Below, piece by piece: positions 7,970-16,716 of a DNA stretch of 19,138 nt. The notes under the pieces were generated by a model. It was given only the letters and a program-made list of their open reading frames with translations, ran no database searches and was not told the DNA's origin. The position numbers were made by a program, and so were the translations under genes. Each line of letters opens with the position of its first letter. Within the stretch, counting starts at the first letter, position 1. The DNA comes from Candidatus Caldarchaeum sp. (GTDB lineage: Archaea > Thermoproteota > Nitrososphaeria_A > Caldarchaeales > Caldarchaeaceae): positions 1 through 19,138 of the forward strand of contig JAWBRA010000028.1 of NCBI GenBank assembly GCA_038844785.1, in the 5' to 3' direction.

Positions 7970-8436
7970 ATGGCTGCAGATGAGATTATTATCGAATATG
8001 CTGAAGGCGATGAGAACGGCGCTCTCCTGCTGAGAAGATATAGCAAAGGCTTGGTTCTGCTCAATACAGCTACAGACAGAAACCTCGGGTCATGATGTAC
8101 ATACCGCACTTCTCAACCCACCAGCTGAGAATTAGCTTCGGAAAGAGTGGTGACGCCGCGTCGCTGCCGGAGGTTGCAAGCGTCATGAGCGGGACGATGC
8201 TGGCTGTCGTCACTGCGATGTTTGTCATGGGCGTCACGCTGTCGTTCTTAGCGAGGAAGACCAGCGGAAAAACTCTTCACCACAAGACTGAACCGACGAA
8301 ACCATGCCAACCACCATCTTTTTATCCAAAATCTTGCAGCCAAACGCCCGAAACTGGTTTTCAGCTTTGGGTGGCTATGTGTTGTAGATGGATAACTGTT
8401 AATAGGCTTGTGGTTGGGTTGCATGCCGTTGATTAA
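7970..8436 (+). pseudogene. Probable 5'-truncated, frameshifted relic of a surface-anchored protein
   Basis: A 41-aa ORF (7970-8095) overlaps by ATGA the ORF 8092-8436. The latter contains YIPHFSTH (HFS motif seen near the C-terminus of archaeal surface proteins), a TM helix and an RK tail. No signal peptide. Confidence 0.4.
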
Positions 8437-8800
8437 GGTTAAACGTGTTTACGAGAGTTTTTCCAGCGACGACGGGTTTAGGGTTCTTGTCGACAAGCTC
8501 TGGCCCCGCGGGATCTCCAAGGACGAGGTGCTGATAGACCTGTGGCTGAAGGAGGTAGCGCCGTCAGATTCGTTGAGGAGATGGTTTGGACACAGGCCTG
8601 AAAGATGGCGTTTGTTTAAAGACCGTTACTTCAGGGAGTTGGACGGGAAAAAACAGCTTATTGAGACTATTCTCGAGAAAGAAAAGACTCATGGGACGGT
8701 GACGCTTCTCTTCGCAGCAAGAGACGTTGAACACAACAACGCCGTCGCCCTCCGAGAATACCTTCTGAGGTACAGCAGGCGTGGAACGGCAGGCTCCTGA
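8423..8800 (+). CDS. DUF488 (YeaO-like) protein
   Basis: IKVKRVYE...DDGFRVLVDKLWPRGISK...WLKEVAPS.SLRRWFGH....W..F...YF.EL...VTLLFAARD.EHNNAVAL is the typical YeaO/DUF488 pattern. Confidence 0.93.
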   Translation: MPLIKVKRVYESFSSDDGFRVLVDKLWPRGISKDEVLIDLWLKEVAPSDSLRRWFGHRPERWRLFKDRYFRELDGKKQLIETILEKEKTHGTVTLLFAARDVEHNNAVALREYLLRYSRRGTAGS

Positions 8801-8811
8801 AAAGCAGCCCG

Positions 8812-9355
8812 TTATACCTGCGTAAGCCGTTTGAGAAGAACGCCGCTGTCTGCGGCAACGAGCCTAGCCATTTCCTGGATGGCTTGATGTAGTTTCTGGT
8901 TTTGCGGCTTTGTGTTGGCGAGCGCTGGTATGAGATGGGTTTTGTTGAACCTGTGAAGCGTTCTCTCTAGCTCCAACGCCTTATCTCCGTCGGTTAGATG
9001 GGCTGTGTAGGCGTCTATGGCGAGGCGTGCTGCGAAGGCTGTCATCGAGATTATTCCGTCGAAAGGCTCGGCCGCCGTGTAGCCATGGCTTTCCATAAAC
9101 AGCCTGATGTGGGAAGGAAGATGCTCCCGCGCCACTGGAGAGATGTCCAGCCTGACAATGCTTGCCCTAAACATTTTCAGATATTCCGAGGCCTGTTTAA
9201 GGTCTTCTCCGCTGAAGTCAGGCAGCTCAACACCCAGGCTTTCGAAAAAAGCTGTTATCTCATACGGCGGCCGCTCCTCGTTGACGAGTTTTTCGAAAAA
9301 AAGTTAGTATTGCAGCGTAGAAGCTGGCTCTCTGGAACCTGTCGAACGGCAGCAT
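8812..9355 (-). pseudogene. Putative TorD/DmsD-like (TtrD-position) maturation chaperone interrupted by a +1 frameshift in a T7 run
   Basis: ATG 9355 lies 4 nt after the ttrA stop. Removing one T from the run at 9296-9302 gives a continuous 180-aa helical ORF (MLPFDRFQRASFYAAILTFFEKLV...FMESHGY..AEPFDGI..M..F...L) with an EPxD motif similar to the TorD-family E(P)xDH. Confidence 0.65.
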
Positions 9356-9359
9356 CTTC

Positions 9360-12300
9360 TCACCAGACTATCTGATGCGGCATCAGCTTCTTCATCTTCC
9401 CAGTCTTCGAGATTTTTACAGGGTTGCTGTAGTAGGACTGGCCAGCGCCCAGCCATGTGAGGAGAGGCCAGCCGCCCAGAGATTGGTCGCTCAACTCCAC
9501 CAGGTTAGGCGTGACGCCGGCGAACCTCCATTCGTCAACGGCCAACCCTCTCTCAAAGTATTCGCCCGGTCTGTTCGTGAACAACATCTTTTTGACGAGT
9601 GTGGACAGTTGTTTGACAGGGTTTACGGCGTCCTCGGGTATCTCGACTTTCTCCGGTAGGGCTTGTAAGGTTTCGCCGCCTCTCCGTAGCCTTACGTAGC
9701 CAGGCTTGACGACAAGCGTCTCAACCCACCTGCCCATTCCGTAGGGCACGGCTACAACACCTTTTGCAACAGCCGCAGTCACCACAGCCGGCGCCTCGAA
9801 CACGCCATCAGGCGACTCGACCGCCACGACGTCGCCCGTCTTCACCCCAAGAGCCTCGGCGTCAGCCTTGTTCACCAACACAAAGTTCTCCGACATAATG
9901 GTCTTTATCCAGTAGTAGTTGCCTCCACGGTGTTTCGTGTAGAAAGGCCCTGACTCGAAGATGAGGTTTAACGGGTACTGGCTTTCAGGGTATATCTCTC
10001 TCAACGGTGTTCCTGCGAACGGGATTGTTTTGGACGTCTGTCCGACGGGGGCGTAGGTGGCCGTCTCGAAGTATGCGGGCCCTCCCCAGAACTTTTTGCC
10101 GGTTATGCTGTTGCGTGTTTTTGCAAGCGTTTCATACCAGAGCTGGAGAACCCCTGTTCCGGGGACGCTTCGTTTCGAGAACCCGAGCTCGTTGAAGGAC
10201 TCCTCATATCTTGTGAAGACGCCGCCTCTTGCCAGACAGTATGCAGCGGCCCGCCACTCGCCTTCAGGCAGTTTGTTCTTGAACCTTGCGATTGGATAGT
10301 TTTCCTCGACAAACCTCACATCTTCAGCGGGGATTTCTTTTGGAGCTATGCCTCTGTCTACGGCGTTGACGGCCCCGTTAGCGTATACCCTCATGATGTA
10401 GTCCCAGAAGCTGTGGAGCGGGAACCACTGGCCTTCATACTTCCTACCTTTGACTCCGGGTATGGCTTTGTCGCCGTAGCCAGCTGCTTGGAGAGCTTTC
10501 CCGACATCTATGAAGAACTCCCACATCGAGGCGTAGCGCGGGCTTCCGTCAGGCGCGTCAGCTATCTTCTCCGTCAAAGGCATTATCGCCGGAGACCTCC
10601 AAGCCTCCGCCAACAGCCTGCCCATGCCGCTGCTGTAGAGGAATTGGACGCCGCTGGTGCCTGTCTCGAGGTAGGTTGTGTCGGGGATGATGTAGTCGGC
10701 GTACAGGTAGGTCTCGTTGATCGTCGTCGTTATGCCGATGAAAAGCGGCAGCTTCCGCGTGTCCTTCAGTATTTCAGCGAACTTGAGGCCGTTGTTAACT
10801 GAGATGACGGGGTTGGCGAAGTAGAGTATCAAAGCCTTCACCGGATACGGGTAGGCCAGGTCTATGCCTGCGAAGAGCTCTGTGTAGCTTTCCTCAGGAG
10901 ACAGCGGGTACCAAGGCCTCTTCGCCGGATACGGGTTCTCGCCTTTCTTGACCTTCCTGTAGTAGAGCAGCGTTTTCTCGTATTCGGCCCTGTGCCTGTC
11001 TATCGGCGGCCCCCATCGCAGAGGCTCTCCGAAGCCGCTGGCCGCACAGTTGTAAAGGTAGTTGTTGTAGCTTGTTGTCGAGGGCCTTGCCAGAAGGCCG
11101 CCGGCTCTGTGGAAGTTTCCGATTAGGATGTCGAGGCTGCGGAGGGCCCAGACCGTGTACTCGCCGTTGGGATGCTGGGCCACGCCTCTGTGGATGTATG
11201 TAGCTGCTTTGGGAGCAGCCTCCCAGAAGTCTTTAGCCATCTGCTTTATCGTCTCAACGGGAACGCCGCAAATGCTAGCCCACTGCTCGACTGTTTTGCT
11301 GAAAGCCGTCTCCTTGAAGATCGTGAAAACCGTCTTGACCAAAACCTCCTCGCCCGTCGCAAGCTTGACCTTGCCCGAATACTCCAGCTCCGCGCTGTCG
11401 ACCTTGTCGTTGACCGCCAGCCCATCCTTCGTGTAGACAAGAGGCTTACCCTCCTCACCCAATCCAGCCAGCTTGTCGGTGAGGAAGTAGCCGTAAAGGC
11501 TGTGTCCTTCCTCCATCACCACAAGCCATGTGGCATTGCTCTGGTATGGATAGCCTATCTTCTCAGCCGCTTTCTTCGACGGCTTCTCGAGAAACGCTTT
11601 GTTTATCCAGCTGTTTTGGATGAGTATCTGCGCGATGGCGAGGGCTAGGGCTGCGTCGGTGCCGGGCTTTATCGGAACCCATACTATGTTGCCGCCGGCT
11701 GAGGTTCTCGGCGAAAGCGGGTTGACGTAGTAGACCTTCAGCTTTCCCTCTGCAGCCCTCTCCACCAACAGCCCTTGCCCGGTTGCGCCGGGATGTATCC
11801 TTCCCATCGCAGCTCCCGCCATTATCAAGACCTTGGCGTTGAAGGCGTCGGGGTTTATGTCGTAGTAGCCTGACCAGAGGTAGTTTCCTGCGTAGAAGCC
11901 GAGCTGGCATGATGAGGTGTGGCGGAGCCAGTTAACGCTTCCGAAAGCGGTCACGAACCTGTTGGTGAAGACGTCGGCGTTGTCCTGCCCCCTTCCCCTC
12001 ATGTAGACTAGCATGTTGGCCTTGGTCCCGAGGTCCGGGTTGTCGGGGTCTACGAGAACGTCTTCAAGCCTGAGACCTTTCTCACCCAGCGTCTTAGACC
12101 ATTTCTCCTTGAAGCTGTTGAGCAGGCTTTCAAGCTCTTCAGCCTTGACGCTCTTGTCAGCGGCCTTAGCCATCAACTCGTCGACGTCTTTCTTTATGCT
12201 TGCGAGAACATCGTTTGGTTTTTCAAACCCAGCCTCCTTCAGCCTGCCGAAGACATACAGCTCCTTAAGTCCTGGCAACCTCTCGCCCGTCTCCTCTATG

Positions 12301-12809
12301 ACGCCGCCTTCGACAACCTCTTTGACCAGCTGCTGCCAGCTGATTGTCTTCCACTTTCCGCTGCCTCTCGGCCCAGCTCTTTTCAGCGGCTTGACTATTC
12401 TGTATGGGTCGTAGACGTAGTGGATTCCGTCTTGGCCGCGGGCGCACAGTGTTCCTGTGAGCTTGAGGGATTGCTGCACAGGTGTTTTGTAGTCTAGCGT
12501 GTCGTAGCGGCTGATCTGATGGCCTGCCGAGACGTATCTGTTGTAGGGGTGGTAGGGGTTGCCTTCTATTCTGTCTATGACTTCCACGCCGTCGTAGGTT
12601 GAGACCCTGACCCTTATCCCGCATCTCACGTTGCAGCCCAGACAAGACGTGTAAACGTATCTGACGCCAGCTCCCTCCAGCTTGTCGGGCTTGTACAGTG
12701 TTGCCGTCGGCTTTACGATTCTGTCGACGGTGTTCCAGTAGCCTGCGAGGAAGACGCCTAGGGCTGCGGCGCCTACAACACCTTTGACCGCTGTTCTTCT
12801 ACTGACCAT
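9360..12809 (-). CDS. ttrA: Tetrathionate reductase-family Mo/W-bisPGD catalytic subunit
   Basis: 1149 aa. Tat motif SRRTAVKG, FS0 ligands CLGCNVRC...LCARG, PLKRAGPRGSGKWKTISW, FGSVNWLRHTSSCQ (Cys metal ligand as in TtrA), ADYIIPDTTYLE and a C-terminal molydopterin-binding domain. Confidence 0.88.
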   Translation of the reverse strand: MVSRRTAVKGVVGAAALGVFLAGYWNTVDRIVKPTATLYKPDKLEGAGVRYVYTSCLGCNVRCGIRVRVSTYDGVEVIDRIEGNPYHPYNRYVSAGHQISRYDTLDYKTPVQQSLKLTGTLCARGQDGIHYVYDPYRIVKPLKRAGPRGSGKWKTISWQQLVKEVVEGGVIEETGERLPGLKELYVFGRLKEAGFEKPNDVLASIKKDVDELMAKAADKSVKAEELESLLNSFKEKWSKTLGEKGLRLEDVLVDPDNPDLGTKANMLVYMRGRGQDNADVFTNRFVTAFGSVNWLRHTSSCQLGFYAGNYLWSGYYDINPDAFNAKVLIMAGAAMGRIHPGATGQGLLVERAAEGKLKVYYVNPLSPRTSAGGNIVWVPIKPGTDAALALAIAQILIQNSWINKAFLEKPSKKAAEKIGYPYQSNATWLVVMEEGHSLYGYFLTDKLAGLGEEGKPLVYTKDGLAVNDKVDSAELEYSGKVKLATGEEVLVKTVFTIFKETAFSKTVEQWASICGVPVETIKQMAKDFWEAAPKAATYIHRGVAQHPNGEYTVWALRSLDILIGNFHRAGGLLARPSTTSYNNYLYNCAASGFGEPLRWGPPIDRHRAEYEKTLLYYRKVKKGENPYPAKRPWYPLSPEESYTELFAGIDLAYPYPVKALILYFANPVISVNNGLKFAEILKDTRKLPLFIGITTTINETYLYADYIIPDTTYLETGTSGVQFLYSSGMGRLLAEAWRSPAIMPLTEKIADAPDGSPRYASMWEFFIDVGKALQAAGYGDKAIPGVKGRKYEGQWFPLHSFWDYIMRVYANGAVNAVDRGIAPKEIPAEDVRFVEENYPIARFKNKLPEGEWRAAAYCLARGGVFTRYEESFNELGFSKRSVPGTGVLQLWYETLAKTRNSITGKKFWGGPAYFETATYAPVGQTSKTIPFAGTPLREIYPESQYPLNLIFESGPFYTKHRGGNYYWIKTIMSENFVLVNKADAEALGVKTGDVVAVESPDGVFEAPAVVTAAVAKGVVAVPYGMGRWVETLVVKPGYVRLRRGGETLQALPEKVEIPEDAVNPVKQLSTLVKKMLFTNRPGEYFERGLAVDEWRFAGVTPNLVELSDQSLGGWPLLTWLGAGQSYYSNPVKISKTGKMKKLMPHQIVW

Positions 12810-13908
12810 GCCCCCTCACCTCCAGCGGGAAAACAATCGAGAGCAGGATGAACAAAGCTATCCCCGCCGCCGCGGGCGCCACAGTCTCCAGAATCCATGG
12901 GCCCGTCAGCTCTGCCTCAAAGAACGCAAGCCCTGTTTTGGAGACCAGCTGGCCGTTGATGAGGATGTTCCATTTGTTGGTGAAGGTTCCCGCCAGAGCC
13001 ACTATAGACACGGCTACGCTTGCCAGCGGATACCTAATTGACAGGAGGGAGAGGAAGAATGACAGGAGTAGCAGGCCTATCACGGCGTACATCAGGGGGA
13101 GGAGAGGCGTAACCATCTCAGCCATTGACGGAGACCAAAGCCACCAGACAGCGACCTGCAGCCCTGTCAACGCAGCCACTGAAAGGGAGCCGGCTGCATG
13201 TATCTTCAGGATGGGTGTTAGAGTGTCGCGCTCCAGAGCTTTCATCCTCCAGATGTAGTAGACTAGGATGAAGACGGCTGTGGCTACGACGAACGTGTCG
13301 GCGAAGTAGATTACGGGGAGAAGAGGCCATCCACGCCAAACCGGGTTCCATGTCTGGGTGAAGAGCATCGAGGCAGGGTAGACGCCCCAGAGGGTTAGAG
13401 GCAGCAGCATAGCTACGGCGACGGCTTTAGCGGCAAGCTCCGCCTTCCTGTATTTCTCAGGCGTTGTTACGCCGAGGGAGAACAGCTGGTAAACCGTTCT
13501 CCTAACCCCCGTGGCTGTGAGAGAAGCTTGATGGGAATAGTATGAAAACGTCAGAACTGCGAAGACTATGGAAAGAACCAAGGCTATTACCCAGGCATAT
13601 GTCTGCAACGCTATCAGAGACATTCCCGGGTTGGTTTGAGTGGATACTAAGTGTGCGGACGTGAATATCAGCAGGGCTCGGTGAGCTGAGCGGAGGTCTG
13701 CCAAAGGCCCTAAGAGAACCGCCGCGAAAAAGCCGATGCCCAGCATTGTCATCAAAGGTATGGCTCTTCTGAGAGAGCCTGAAAGATATGCCAGCGAAGC
13801 CAAGATAAGCAGGTCTGCTCCCGAAATCAGCAAAGTGTAAGCGAACAGAACTGGATGCCAGAGAAGAGGCTCAGCCGCCTCGTTGGGGAAATAGTATCCG
13901 GGCAGCAT
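12799..13908 (-). CDS. ttrC: NrfD/PsrC-family membrane anchor (TtrC-like)
   Basis: 369 aa, about 9-10 TM segments, with LADL...RA, NPVW and KWNILINGQLVSK motifs. Sits between the B and A subunits. Confidence 0.85.
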   Translation of the reverse strand: MLPGYYFPNEAAEPLLWHPVLFAYTLLISGADLLILASLAYLSGSLRRAIPLMTMLGIGFFAAVLLGPLADLRSAHRALLIFTSAHLVSTQTNPGMSLIALQTYAWVIALVLSIVFAVLTFSYYSHQASLTATGVRRTVYQLFSLGVTTPEKYRKAELAAKAVAVAMLLPLTLWGVYPASMLFTQTWNPVWRGWPLLPVIYFADTFVVATAVFILVYYIWRMKALERDTLTPILKIHAAGSLSVAALTGLQVAVWWLWSPSMAEMVTPLLPLMYAVIGLLLLSFFLSLLSIRYPLASVAVSIVALAGTFTNKWNILINGQLVSKTGLAFFEAELTGPWILETVAPAAAGIALFILLSIVFPLEVRGHGQ

Positions 13909-13909
13909 T

Positions 13910-14551
13910 TCATCTGTTCACCTCGTCGGGGAGGCTGAAATAGTATATCTGGGGCTCGGCGCCTGTGAAAGGTTTGAGCACCTGCGTCGGCCTGCTTCTA
14001 ACAATCCTTGAAAGCTCGTTAGCTTCGGCCAGAGGGCCGAACACCCTAGCTCCCGTTGGGCAGGCCTCCACGCATGCTGGCAGAAGACCTGCGGCCAGCC
14101 TGTGGTCGCAGAACGTGCACTTGTCGGCAACTCCTTTGATTGGGTTGATGAAGCGTGCTCCGTATGGGCAGGCTTTGATGCATGCTCCGCAGCCTATGCA
14201 AAGCTCGTCGTTGACAAGGACGAGGCCGTCATCTGTCTTGTAGGTGGCTCCTGTAGGACATGGCGGAACGCACGGCGGGTCGTCGCAGTGGTTACACTGT
14301 TTGGGTATGAAGATGTTTGTCCCATCGGGTTTTTCAAGATGTTCTATCCATGTTCGAAAATTTCCCAGCGGAACGTTGTTCTCGGCGGCGCAGGCGACAA
14401 CGCAGGCCATGCAGCCATAGCATTTATCGACATCTATTAGCATGGCATATCTTTTCGAAGCCCTTTCAGCCGCGGAAGATTTTAGAGAGGGTGGGAGAAC
14501 GAGGAGAGCTGCCGACGCTGTTCTTAAGAAATCTCTCCGAGTATGCGACAT
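13910..14551 (-). CDS. ttrB: Four-cluster iron-sulfur subunit (TtrB/PsrB/NrfC type)
   Basis: Tat motif TRRDFLR. Cys groups CYGCMACVVAC, CNHCDDPPCVPPC, CIGCGACIKAC and CTFC...ACVEAC. ATG 14551 follows a GGTGA SD; alternative ATG at 14575. Confidence 0.9.
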   Translation of the reverse strand: MSHTRRDFLRTASAALLVLPPSLKSSAAERASKRYAMLIDVDKCYGCMACVVACAAENNVPLGNFRTWIEHLEKPDGTNIFIPKQCNHCDDPPCVPPCPTGATYKTDDGLVLVNDELCIGCGACIKACPYGARFINPIKGVADKCTFCDHRLAAGLLPACVEACPTGARVFGPLAEANELSRIVRSRPTQVLKPFTGAEPQIYYFSLPDEVNR

Positions 14552-14589
14552 TTCACCATTATAAACATCACTCATTTACTTAAGCTGCT

Positions 14590-14633
14590 GTCTACAGATG
14601 TAGACTTTCGAACACGAAAATCTACATCTTGTA
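14590..14633 (-). promoter_or_regulatory. Nested inverted repeats between glt and ttr operons (3'-end hairpin and/or operator)
   Basis: 15-bp arms AGATGTAGACTTTCG(14596-14610)/CGAAAATCTACATCT(14615-14629) with a 4-nt loop. Overlapping palindrome GTCTACA-GA-TGTAGAC (14590-14605). Confidence 0.6.
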
Positions 14634-14638
14634 TGCGT

Positions 14639-16714
14639 TTATCCTTCGTCTGGCTGTGGCTCGGGGCCTTTCTCCACCTGCTGTCGGGCGACCTGAACTA
14701 CTGTAAACTCTTCCTTAAGCAGTCTGTTATACAGTCCTGCGTCAAGCCTAAACTCTTGGAAATATCTTCTCAAAGGCTGGTCAACCAGCGCCAGGTCGGC
14801 TTCATCCAGCCTTTTGACTTCGACGCTCAGCTCCTTGTAGTACTTTGAGGTGAAAAGCTTTGAAACCCTCCGCAAAGCCTCGCCCGCCAGCTTCTTTCTC
14901 ACGTCGTCCAAGGTTATCTCAGGCATGGCTTCGAAAAACCGTAAAACATCTTCCGCAACCAATCCTTCGAGGAAGAGGCCGCGTATGTAGCGTATGACGT
15001 CTGGCTTCGGAGGCTGAAGCCCAATCCTCCACCTGTCCACACGGCCTCTTACGTATATTCTGCCGCCAACCATCCCCGTAGCCATGTAACGTCCAACTAG
15101 ACATGTGTCAAGGTCCATCGAGTCTATTCCTAGAACCATCGCCACACCGCCCGCCATGTATTCGCCTAAATAATCGTCGGCTCTGCCTCCAACAATCAGA
15201 AACGGCCTGCTGTTCCTGAATTCACGCATCTGTATCGCAGCCCTGTTTCCAACGCTCCCTCTCACAAATATCTCGCCTCCTTGGAGGGCTTGGCCTACGA
15301 CGTCTCTTGCGTCACCATGGATTATTACACGGCCTCCGTACATCGCGTCGCCCACGTCATCCTGTGCGCTGCCGTAAACGATTATCTCGCCGTGTTTGTT
15401 GAAGTTGGCTAAACAGTTTCCAGCTGTTCCGTAGATTTTCAACCGGCTGTCGGGCGGCATGGTCATGCCGAGGTATCTGTGGCCGTTGACGTTGACCACG
15501 ACAACCTCTCTGACGCCTTTTTCGAAAAGTTGTTTGACCATGCTGTTGACCTGACGGTATCCGAGGCCTTTTGCATCAACAACCGCTTCGCCGGGATGAA
15601 GTGTCCGCACTACTGTATGGTAGAAAACCTCTGCATGTTCACGTCCTGAAATCAGCAAGCCTTTCTTCGTGGATGCGAGGAAGATTCCGCCTGGTTTCAC
15701 AGACCATACACGGGCTTTTTCGGAGAGCTGTCGCACCTCAGCCTCTTCGCTGGCGACGTAGAACCGTTCATCGTCCATGCCAACGACCAAAGGCCTGAAC
15801 TTAGACCTGTCTGCGAAAGCAAGCATGTAGACATCCTCGCCGTCGCAGTAACCTGCTACGACGCTGAAGGGCCCGTCAAGCCATGCTCCACGGCTCTCAA
15901 CATATTCCTGAAGAGATATGCCTGCTGCGTTGTTGATTATGTCGGTTTCGAATGGGTTTACGAGGGCTGCGGCAGCCTTTTCCACCGGCATGTGCTTTAT
16001 GTTGGTCAGATAGTCTAGCAGGTATGCGATGAGCTCGCTGTCTGTGCCTACGAAGCTTCTGTATCCTCGGAATCTTGCGAACTCCATGTTTGCTCCGAAG
16101 CTGCTTATGTCTCCGTTGTGGGCTATCGCCCATTCATGGCTGGAGAAGGGATGGGACCATATGGGGTAGACGCCTGGCGAGTTGGTGGGCTGACGCGTGT
16201 GGGCTATCCACAGGTCTGCCGTAACATCCCTTTCAACCAAACCATACTGCTGCGCAACATCCAACGGATACCCCACGCCCTTGAAGACTTCGACAAACCT
16301 TCCCCACGAATATACACGGCCTTTCATGCCGGCGTTCATCAGATCATAGTTTATCCTGTCAACAGCCTCCCTCAGTCTGCTTTCAGAGGATTCGACGTAG
16401 GCCGTCCATGACGCGAACCTGCTTGAGGCGGTGGTGTCGAAGCCAAGCTCCCATAAGCCGCCGTCGGCGTATTCTTTCAAAACATTTTTGACGTGTTTTA
16501 AAGCGTCGTCAGAGCTTACGAAGACTTTCACCTTGTGGAGGCCGTTGTTTGGGCTGTCTAGGTTGTAGGCTGCAAAACCTGCGCCAAGCCTGCTGCCTCT
16601 GTAGCGGACGCATTCTATAGAGGAAAGCGTTTCGCTCGCCTTCACCTTCGAAGCATCCTTTCTTCGGAGAATGCCTAGTATCCCGCATCCCGAAATGCTC
16701 CGCAGCATGTCCAT
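14639..16714 (-). CDS. Glutamate synthase amidotransferase domain (GltB1) fused to GXGXG domain (GltB3)
   Basis: N-terminal CGILG (class II GATase Cys), AHTRQPTNS, WSHPF, HNGDISSFG, TDSE, LDGPF and FRPLVVG, followed by GXGXG beta-helix repeats ending GEYMAGG...ATGMVGGRIYVRG. Confidence 0.93.
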   Translation of the reverse strand: MDMLRSISGCGILGILRRKDASKVKASETLSSIECVRYRGSRLGAGFAAYNLDSPNNGLHKVKVFVSSDDALKHVKNVLKEYADGGLWELGFDTTASSRFASWTAYVESSESRLREAVDRINYDLMNAGMKGRVYSWGRFVEVFKGVGYPLDVAQQYGLVERDVTADLWIAHTRQPTNSPGVYPIWSHPFSSHEWAIAHNGDISSFGANMEFARFRGYRSFVGTDSELIAYLLDYLTNIKHMPVEKAAAALVNPFETDIINNAAGISLQEYVESRGAWLDGPFSVVAGYCDGEDVYMLAFADRSKFRPLVVGMDDERFYVASEEAEVRQLSEKARVWSVKPGGIFLASTKKGLLISGREHAEVFYHTVVRTLHPGEAVVDAKGLGYRQVNSMVKQLFEKGVREVVVVNVNGHRYLGMTMPPDSRLKIYGTAGNCLANFNKHGEIIVYGSAQDDVGDAMYGGRVIIHGDARDVVGQALQGGEIFVRGSVGNRAAIQMREFRNSRPFLIVGGRADDYLGEYMAGGVAMVLGIDSMDLDTCLVGRYMATGMVGGRIYVRGRVDRWRIGLQPPKPDVIRYIRGLFLEGLVAEDVLRFFEAMPEITLDDVRKKLAGEALRRVSKLFTSKYYKELSVEVKRLDEADLALVDQPLRRYFQEFRLDAGLYNRLLKEEFTVVQVARQQVEKGPEPQPDEG

Positions 16715-16716
16715 GT

